Source: the human T2T-CHM13v2.0 reference genome, Homo sapiens
Length of the DNA stretch: 64,000 nucleotides
Reading direction: 5' to 3' (one strand)
Assembly: GCF_009914755.1 (NCBI RefSeq)
Contig: NC_060930.1
Shown piece by piece: positions 55,001 to 64,000 of the stretch (its first letter is position 1; every line of letters begins with the position of its first letter). Under the pieces are notes generated by a model. The model did no database searches, was not told the origin of the DNA, and saw only the letters and a program-made list of their open reading frames with translations. A program made the position numbers and the translations under genes.

Positions 55001-58000
55001 GGGATTTCTTCCTATAAACCCAGACAGAAGAATTCTCAGAGACTTCTTTGTGATGTGTGAATTCAACTCACAGTGTGGATCCTTCCTTTTGATAGAGCAG
55101 TTTTGAAACCCTGTTTTTGTAGTATTTCCAAGCGGATATTCGGAACGCCTTGAAGCGTATGGTAGAAAAGGAAATATCTTCCCATAAAACCTAGACAGAA
55201 CCAATCTCAGAAACGACTTTGTGATGTCTGCATTCAAGTCACAGAGTTGAACATTTCTCTTGATAGAGCAGTTTTGAAACCCTCTTTCTGAAGGATCTGC
55301 AAGTGGATATTTGGAACTCCTTTGGGTCTTCGTTGGAAACGGGATTTCTTCGTATAAATCTAGACAGAAGAATTCTCCGAAACTTCTTTGGTTGTGTGCA
55401 TTCAAGTCACAGAGTGGAACCTTCCTTTGGATAGAGCAGTTTGAAACGCCGTGGTTGTAGTATTTCCAAGCGGATATTAGAGCGCCTTGAGGCCTATGGT
55501 AGAAAAGGAAATATCTTCCCATAAAACCTAGACGGAAGCAATCTCAGAAACTACTGTGTGATGGCTGCATTCCACACACACGGTGGAACATTTCTCTTGA
55601 TAGAGCAGTTTTGAAACACTCTTTCTGTAGAATCTGCAAGTGGATAATTGGACCGCCTTGAGGCCTTCGTTGGAAACGGGATTTCTTCATGTTACTCTAG
55701 ATAGAAGAATTCTCAAACACTGCTATGTGATGTTTGCATTCAAGTCACAGAGTGCAACATTCCTCTTGGTAGAGCAGTTGGGAAACACTCCTTTTGTAGA
55801 ATCTGCAATGGGATATTTGGACTTCTTTGAGGCCTTCGTTGGAAACGGGATTTCTTCGTATGAATCTAGACAGAAGAATTCTCAGAAACTTCCTTGTGAT
55901 GTGTGCATTCAACTCAGCGAGTGGCACCTTCCTTTGGATACAGCAGTTTTGAAACACTGTTTTTGTAGTATTTCCAAGCGGATATTTAGAGCGCCTTGAA
56001 GCCTATGCTAGAAATGGAAATATCTCCCCATAAAACCAAGACAGAAGCAATCTCAGAAACTAATGTGTGATGGCTGCATTCCACACACACGGTGGACCAT
56101 TTCTCTTGATAGAGCAGTTTTGAAACACTCTTTCTGTAGAATCTGCAAGTGGATAATTGGACCTCCTAGAGGCCTTCGTTGGAAACGGGATTTCTTCATC
56201 TAAACCTACAGAGAAGAATTCTCAGTAACTTCTTCGGATGTGTGCATTCGACGCACAGAATGGAACATTCCCTTTGATAGAGCAGTTTTGAGACACCGTT
56301 TTTGTAGAATTCCCAAGTGGATATTTAGAGCACTTTGAAGTCTCTGCTAGAAAAGGAAACATCTTCATGTAAAAAGTAGATAGAATCGTTCTCAGAAAGT
56401 GCTTAGTGACGTGTGCGTTCAACTCACAGAGTTTAACGTTTCTTTTGATAGAGCGTTTCTGAAACACCCTTCTTGTAGTAGCTGCAAGTGGATATTTGGA
56501 CCTATTGGAGGCCTTCTTTGGAAATGGGATTTCTTCATGTAACTCTAGATTGAAGAGTTCTCAGAAACTCCTTTGTGATGTGTGCATTCAATTCAAAGAG
56601 TGAAACCTCCCTTTTCACAGAGCAGTTTTGAAACACTGTTTTTGTAGGATTTCCAAGGGGATATTTATAGCGCATTGAGCCTACGGCGGAAAAAGAAACA
56701 TCTTCCTATAAAAACTAGACAGAATACTTCTCAGAATCTGCTTTGCGATGTGTGCGTTCAACTCACAGAGTAAAACTTTTCTTTTGATAGAGCAGTTTTG
56801 AAACACTCTTTTTGTAGTATTTGCATGTGTATATTTAGAGCGCATTGAAGCCCACAGTAGAAAAGGAAATAACTTCACCTAAAACCTAGACAGAAGCAAT
56901 CTCAGAAACTACTTTGTGATGTGTACATTCAACTCACAGAGTGGAACTTTCCTCTTTATAGAGCAGTGTTGAAACACTCTTTTTGTAGAAACTGCAAGTG
57001 GATATTTGGACCTCTTTGAGGCCTTCGTTGGAAACGGGATTTCTTCCTATAACCCTAGACAGAAGAATTTTCAGAAACCTCATTGTGATGTGTGCGTTCA
57101 TCTCACAGAGTGGAGTCTTCCGTTTGATAGAGAAGTTTTGAAACCCTGTTCTTGTAGGATTTCCAAGTGGATATTTAGACCACTTTGAAGCCTATGATAG
57201 AAAAGGAAACATCTTCATGGAAAACATAGATAGAATCATCCTCAGAAACAACTTTGTGATGTGTGCGTTGAACTCACCGTCTTTAACCTTTCTTTTGGTA
57301 GAGAAGTTTTGAAACACTCTCTTTGTAAAGTCTACAAGTGGATATTTTGAGCCCTTGGAGGCATTCTTTGGAAAAGGGAATGTCTTCACATAAAAGGCAG
57401 ACGGAAGTGTTCTCAGAAACTGCTTTGTGATGTCTGTGTTCAACTCACAGAGTTTAACATTTCCTTTGATAGAGCGGTTTAGTAACCCTCTCTTTGTAGA
57501 ATTTGGAAGTGTATACTAAGAGCGCTTTGAGGCCTATGGTAGAAAAGGAAATATCTTTCCATAAAAGCTAGACAGAAGCAATCTCAGAAACTCCTTTGCG
57601 ATGTCTGCATTCAACTCACCGAGTGGAACATTCCTCTTGAGAGAGCAGTTTGGAAACACTCTTTCTGTAGAATCAGCTTGTTTGTATTTGGACCTCCTTG
57701 AGGCCTTCGTTGGAAACGGGTTTTCATCTTATAAACCCAGACAGAAGAATTCTCAGAGTCTTCTTTGTGATGTGTGCTTTCAACTCACCGAGATAAAGAT
57801 TTCTCTTGATAGAGCAATTTGGAAACACTCTTTTTGTAGAATTTGCAAGGGTACATTGAGAGCGCTTTCAGGCCTATGGTAGAAAAGGGAATATCTTTCC
57901 ATAAAAGGTAGACAGAAGCAATCTCAGAAACTACTTTGTGATGTGTGCATTCAACTCACCGAGTGCAACGTTCCTCTTGACCGAGCAGTTTGGAAACATT

Positions 58001-61000
58001 GTTTCTGTAGAATCTGCAAGTGGATATTTGGACCTCTTTGAGGCCTTCGTTGGAAACGGGATTTCTTCCTATAAACCCAGACAGAAGAATTCTCAGAGAC
58101 TTCTTTGTGATGTGTGAATTCAACTCACAGTGTGGATCCTTCCTTTTGATAGAGCAGTTTTGAAACCCTGTTTTTGTAGTATTTCCAAGCGGATATTCGG
58201 AACGCCTTGAAGCGTATGGTAGAAAAGGAAATATCTTCCCATAAAACCTAGACAGAACCAATCTCAGAAACGACTTTGTGATGTCTGCATTCAAGTCACA
58301 GAGTTGAACATTTCTCTTGATAGAGCAGTTTTGAAACCCTCTTTCTGAAGGATCTGCAAGTGGATATTTGGAACTCCTTTGGGTCTTCGTTGGAAACGGG
58401 ATTTCTTCGTATAAATCTAGACAGAAGAATTCTCCGAAACTTCTTTGGTTGTGTGCATTCAAGTCACAGAGTGGAACCTTCCTTTGGATAGAGCAGTTTG
58501 AAACGCCGTGGTTGTAGTATTTCCAAGCGGATATTAGAGCGCCTTGAGGCCTATGGTAGAAAAGGAAATATCTTCCCATAAAACCTAGACGGAAGCAATC
58601 TCAGAAACTACTGTGTGATGGCTGCATTCCACACACACGGTGGAACATTTCTCTTGATAGAGCAGTTTTGAAACACTCTTTCTGTAGAATCTGCAAGTGG
58701 ATAATTGGACCGCCTTGAGGCCTTCGTTGGAAACGGGATTTCTTCATGTTACTCTAGATAGAAGAATTCTCAAACACTGCTATGTGATGTTTGCATTCAA
58801 GTCACAGAGTGCAACATTCCTCTTGGTAGAGCAGTTGGGAAACACTCCTTTTGTAGAATCTGCAATGGGATATTTGGACTTCTTTGAGGCCTTCGTTGGA
58901 AACGGGATTTCTTCGTATGAATCTAGACAGAAGAATTCTCAGAAACTTCCTTGTGATGTGTGCATTCAACTCAGCGAGTGGCACCTTCCTTTGGATACAG
59001 CAGTTTTGAAACACTGTTTTTGTAGTATTTCCAAGCGGATATTTAGAGCGCCTTGAAGCCTATGCTAGAAATGGAAATATCTCCCCATAAAACCAAGACA
59101 GAAGCAATCTCAGAAACTAATGTGTGATGGCTGCATTCCACACACACGGTGGACCATTTCTCTTGATAGAGCAGTTTTGAAACACTCTTTCTGTAGAATC
59201 TGCAAGTGGATAATTGGACCTCCTAGAGGCCTTCGTTGGAAACGGGATTTCTTCATCTAAACCTACAGAGAAGAATTCTCAGTAACTTCTTCGGATGTGT
59301 GCATTCGACGCACAGAATGGAACATTCCCTTTGATAGAGCAGTTTTGAGACACCGTTTTTGTAGAATTCCCAAGTGGATATTTAGAGCACTTTGAAGTCT
59401 CTGCTAGAAAAGGAAACATCTTCATGTAAAAAGTAGATAGAATCGTTCTCAGAAAGTGCTTAGTGACGTGTGCGTTCAACTCACAGAGTTTAACGTTTCT
59501 TTTGATAGAGCGTTTCTGAAACACCCTTCTTGTAGTAGCTGCAAGTGGATATTTGGACCTATTGGAGGCCTTCTTTGGAAATGGGATTTCTTCATGTAAC
59601 TCTAGATTGAAGAGTTCTCAGAAACTCCTTTGTGATGTGTGCATTCAATTCAAAGAGTGAAACCTCCCTTTTCACAGAGCAGTTTTGAAACACTGTTTTT
59701 GTAGGATTTCCAAGGGGATATTTATAGCGCATTGAGCCTACGGCGGAAAAAGAAACATCTTCCTATAAAAACTAGACAGAATACTTCTCAGAATCTGCTT
59801 TGCGATGTGTGCGTTCAACTCACAGAGTAAAACTTTTCTTTTGATAGAGCAGTTTTGAAACACTCTTTTTGTAGTATTTGCATGTGTATATTTAGAGCGC
59901 ATTGAAGCCCACAGTAGAAAAGGAAATAACTTCACCTAAAACCTAGACAGAAGCAATCTCAGAAACTACTTTGTGATGTGTACATTCAACTCACAGAGTG
60001 GAACTTTCCTCTTTATAGAGCAGTGTTGAAACACTCTTTTTGTAGAAACTGCAAGTGGATATTTGGACCTCTTTGAGGCCTTCGTTGGAAACGGGATTTC
60101 TTCCTATAACCCTAGACAGAAGAATTTTCAGAAACCTCATTGTGATGTGTGCGTTCATCTCACAGAGTGGAGTCTTCCGTTTGATAGAGAAGTTTTGAAA
60201 CCCTGTTCTTGTAGGATTTCCAAGTGGATATTTAGACCACTTTGAAGCCTATGATAGAAAAGGAAACATCTTCATGGAAAACATAGATAGAATCATCCTC
60301 AGAAACAACTTTGTGATGTGTGCGTTGAACTCACCGTCTTTAACCTTTCTTTTGGTAGAGAAGTTTTGAAACACTCTCTTTGTAAAGTCTACAAGTGGAT
60401 ATTTTGAGCCCTTGGAGGCATTCTTTGGAAAAGGGAATGTCTTCACATAAAAGGCAGACGGAAGTGTTCTCAGAAACTGCTTTGTGATGTCTGTGTTCAA
60501 CTCACAGAGTTTAACATTTCCTTTGATAGAGCGGTTTAGTAACCCTCTCTTTGTAGAATTTGGAAGTGTATACTAAGAGCGCTTTGAGGCCTATGGTAGA
60601 AAAGGAAATATCTTTCCATAAAAGCTAGACAGAAGCAATCTCAGAAACTCCTTTGCGATGTCTGCATTCAACTCACCGAGTGGAACATTCCTCTTGAGAG
60701 AGCAGTTTGGAAACACTCTTTCTGTAGAATCAGCTTGTTTGTATTTGGACCTCCTTGAGGCCTTCGTTGGAAACGGGTTTTCATCTTATAAACCCAGACA
60801 GAAGAATTCTCAGAGTCTTCTTTGTGATGTGTGCTTTCAACTCACCGAGATAAAGATTTCTCTTGATAGAGCAATTTGGAAACACTCTTTTTGTAGAATT
60901 TGCAAGGGTACATTGAGAGCGCTTTCAGGCCTATGGTAGAAAAGGGAATATCTTTCCATAAAAGGTAGACAGAAGCAATCTCAGAAACTACTTTGTGATG

Positions 61001-61140
61001 TGTGCATTCAACTCACCGAGTGCAACGTTCCTCTTGACCGAGCAGTTTGGAAACATTGTTTCTGTAGAATCTGCAAGTGGATATTTGGACCTCTTTGAGG
61101 CCTTCGTTGGAAACGGGATTTCTTCCTATAAACCCAGACA

Positions 61141-63691
61141 GAAGAATTCTCAGAGACTTCTTTGTGATGTGTGAATTCAACTCACAGTGTGGATCCTTCC
61201 TTTTGATAGAGCAGTTTTGAAACCCTGTTTTTGTAGTATTTCCAAGCGGATATTTGGAACGCCTTGAAGCGTATGGTAGAAAAGGAAATATCTTCCCATA
61301 AAACCTAGACAGAACCAATCTCAGAAACGACTTTGTGATGTCTGCATTCAAGTCACAGAGTTGAACATTTCTCTTGATAGAGCAGTTTTGAAACCCTCTT
61401 TCTGAAGGATCTGCAAGTGGATATTTGGAACTCCTTTGGGTCTTCGTTGGAAACGGGATTTCTTCGTATAAATCTAGACAGAAGAATTCTCAGAAACTTC
61501 CTTGTGATGTGTGCATTCAACTCAGCGAGTGGCACCTTCCTTTGGATACAGCAGTTTTGAAACACTGTTTTTGTAGTATTTCCAAGCGGATATTTAGAGC
61601 GCCTTGAAGCCTATGCTAGAAATGGAAATATCTCCCCATAAAACCAAGACGGAAGCAATCTCAGAAACTAATGTGTGATGGCTGCATTCCACACACACGG
61701 TGGACCATTTCTCTTGATAGAGCAGTTTTGAAACACTCTTTCTGTAGAATCTGCAAGTGGATAATTGGACCTCCGAGAGGCCTTCGTTGGAAACGGGATT
61801 TCTTCATCTAAACCTACAGAGAAATATTCTCAGTAACTTCTTCGGATGTGTGCATTCGACGCACAGAATGGAACATTCCCTTTGATAGAGCAGTTTTGAG
61901 ACACCGTTTTTGTAGAATTCCCAAGTGGATATTTAGAGCACTTTGAAGTCTCTGCTAGAAAAGGAAACATCATCATGTAAACAGTAGATAGAATCGTTCT
62001 CAGAAAGTGCTTAGTGTCGTGTGCGTTCAACTCACAGAGTTTAACGTTTCTTTTGATAGAGCGTTTCTGAAACACCCTTCTTGTAGTAGCTGCAAGTGGA
62101 TATTTGGACCTATTGGAGGCCTTCTTTGGAAACGGGATTTCTTCATGTAACTCTAGATTGAAGAATTCTCAGAAACTCCTTTGTGATGTGTGCATTCAAT
62201 TCAAAGAGTGAAACCTCTCTTTTCACAGAGCAGTTTTGAAACACTGTTTTTGTAGGATTTCCAAGGGGATATTTATAGCGCATTGAGCCTACGGCGGAAA
62301 AAGAAACATCTTCCTATAAAAACTAGACAGAATACTTCTCAGAATCTGCTTTGCGATGTGTGCGTTCAACTCACAGAGTAAAACTTTTCTTTTGATAGAG
62401 CAGTTTTGAAACACTCTTTTTGTAGTATTTGCATGTGTATATTTAGAGCGCATTGAAGCCCACAGTAGAAAAGGAAATAACTTCACCTAAAACCTAGACA
62501 GAAGCAATCTCAGAAACTACTTTGTGATGTGTACATTCAACTCACAGAGTGGAACTTTCCTCTTTATAGAGCAGTGTTGAAACACTCTTTTTGTAGAAAC
62601 TGCAAGTGGATATTTGGACCTCTTTGAGGCCTTCGTTGGAAACGGGATTTCTTCCTATAACCCTAGACAGAAGAATTTTCAGAAACCTCATTGTGATGTG
62701 TGCGTTCATCTCACAGAGTGGAGTCTTCCGTTTGATAGAGAAGTTTTGAAACCCTGTTCTTGTAGGATTTCCAAGTGGATATTTAGACCACTTTGAAGCC
62801 TATGATAGAAAAGGAAACATCTTCATGGAAAACATAGATAGAATCATCCTCAGAAACAACTTTGTGATGTGTGCGTTGAACTCACCGTCTTTAACCTTTC
62901 TTTTGGTAGAGAAGTTTTGAAACACTCTCTTTGTAAAGTCTACAAGTGGATATTTTGAGCCCTTGGAGGCATTCTTTGGAAAAGGGAATGTCTTCACATA
63001 AAAGGCAGACGGAAGTGTTCTCAGAAACTGCTTTGTGATGTCTGTGTTCAACTCACAGAGTTTAACATTTCCTTTGATAGAGCGGTTTAGTAACCCTCTC
63101 TTTGTAGAATTTGGAAGTGTATACTAAGAGCGCTTTGAGGCCTATGGTAGAAAAGGAAATATCTTTCCATAAAAGCTAGACAGAAGCAATCTCAGAAACT
63201 CCTCTGTGATGTCTGCATTCAACTCACCGAGTGGAACATTCCTCTTGATAGAGCAGTTTGGAAACACTCTTTCTGTAGAATCAGCTTGTTTGTATTTGGA
63301 CCTCCTTGAGGCCTTCGTTGGAAACGGGTTTTCATCTTATAAACCCAGACAGAAGAATTCTCAGAGTCTTCTTTGTGATGTGTGCTTTCAACTCACCGAG
63401 ATAAAGATTTCTCTTGATAGAGCAATTTGGAAACACTCTTTTTGTAGAATTTGCAAGGGTACATTGAGAGCGCTTTCAGGCCTATGGTAGAAAAGGGAAT
63501 ATCTTTCCATAAAAGGTAGACAGAAGCAATCTCAGAAACTACTTTGTGATGTGTGCATTCAACTCACCGAGTGCAACGTTCCTCTTGACCGAGCAGTTTG
63601 GAAACATTGTTTCTGTAGAATCTGCAAGTGGATATTTGGACCTCTTTGAGGCCTTCGTTGGAAACGGGATTTCTTCCTATAAACCCAGACA
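61141..63691 (+). repeat. 15-mer HOR structural variant (2551 bp; lacks monomers 3-5)
   Basis: The monomer 2 end (tcttcgtataaatctagaca) runs directly into monomer 6 (gaagaattctcagaaacttccttg) at about 61481. The next unit starts at 63692, 506 bp early, and ORF spacing drops from 3057 to 2551 (59279 to 61830). Confidence 0.97.
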
Positions 63692-64000
63692 GAAGAATTC
63701 TCAGAGACTTCTTTGTGATGTGTGAATTCAACTCACAGTGTGGATCCTTCCTTTTGATAGAGCAGTTTTGAAACCCTGTTTTTGTAGTATTTCCAAGCGG
63801 ATATTCGGAACGCCTTGAAGCGTATGGTAGAAAAGGAAATATCTTCCCATAAAACCTAGACAGAACCAATCTCAGAAACGACTTTGTGATGTCTGCATTC
63901 AAGTCACAGAGTTGAACATTTCTCTTGATAGAGCAGTTTTGAAACCCTCTTTCTGAAGGATCTGCAAGTGGATATTTGGAACTCCTTTGGGTCTTCGTTG
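63692..64000 (+). repeat. Partial HOR unit truncated by the window end (15-mer or 18-mer cannot be determined)
   Basis: Matches unit offsets 1-309; the diagnostic junction (offsets 330-352) lies beyond the window. Confidence 0.95.

Larger units (their letters stand above)
1..61140 (+). repeat. 20 tandem full-length 18-mer HOR copies (3057 bp each, about 99.9% identical)
   Basis: Units start at 1+3057n (1, 3058, 6115 ... 58084) with no net indel. Only six variable unit offsets were seen by eye: 115, 133, 1226, 1412, 1499, 2956. Confidence 0.97.
1..64000 (+). repeat. Alpha-satellite higher-order repeat array, probably human chr6 centromere D6Z1 (S1C6H1L, suprachromosomal family 1)
   Basis: Continuous 168-171 bp alphoid monomers (gaagaattctcagaaact...tgtgatgtgtgcattcaactcacagag...gatagagcagttttgaaacact) with CENP-B boxes. 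The ORF track repeats exactly every 3057 bp. One BamHI site (ggatcc, unit offset 51-56) per unit. Alpha-satellite identity is essentially certain; the D6Z1 label rests on recalled knowledge of the ~3 kb BamHI 18-mer. Confidence 0.95.

Noticed and set aside
61353-61607. New chimeric ORFs at the 15-mer junction
   Set aside because: They are by-products of fusing monomer 2 to monomer 6; nothing supports coding function.
614-63902. Eight ORFs per unit (60-207 aa), including the 207-aa minus-strand ORF
   Set aside because: They are translations of alphoid monomers (recurrent FQNCSIKR and EAFVGNG peptides) with no recognisable domain, they overlap on both strands, and they recur only because the DNA repeats. 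They were useful only as SNV reporters.
63564-63902. Shortened 112-aa ORF suggesting a second 15-mer
   Set aside because: The shortening is explained by the window ending at unit offset 309, before the diagnostic junction, so it is uninformative.
1-64000. CRISPR-like array (conserved cttcgttggaaacggga motif with intervening sequence)
   Set aside because: The motif is the CENP-B box, the intervening segments are homologous monomers rather than unique spacers, and there are no cas genes.
1-64000. Transposon insertion, inversion or non-satellite island
   Set aside because: The 3057-bp phase is unbroken to 61140, the only length change is the 506-bp loss, and all CENP-B boxes lie on the same strand; no Alu, L1 or poly-A sequence was seen.

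Overview
The whole 64 kb is primate, almost certainly human, centromeric alpha-satellite DNA. It consists of ~171-bp monomers in one orientation, organised as an 18-monomer, 3057-bp higher-order repeat (HOR) with one BamHI site and 7 intact CENP-B boxes per unit. Unit size, monomer number, the single BamHI site and the dimeric A/B (SF1-like) layout fit the chromosome 6 active array D6Z1 (S1C6H1L); that assignment is from recall, not a search. There are 20 near-identical 18-mers (1-61140), one 15-mer variant (61141-63691, lacking 506 bp = monomers 3-5, with its own SNV haplotype) and a truncated final unit. I see no genes, RNA genes, transposons or CRISPR arrays, and every listed ORF is a chance ORF repeated with the satellite period. 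I found no novel biological system. The non-obvious structure is evolutionary: rare SNVs reveal a hidden 18,342-bp (6 x HOR) tandem duplication, a possible nested 2-HOR periodicity, an 18-mer/15-mer haplotype boundary, and a near-duplicate monomer pair inside the 18-mer. SNVs were read by eye, so some may have been missed.
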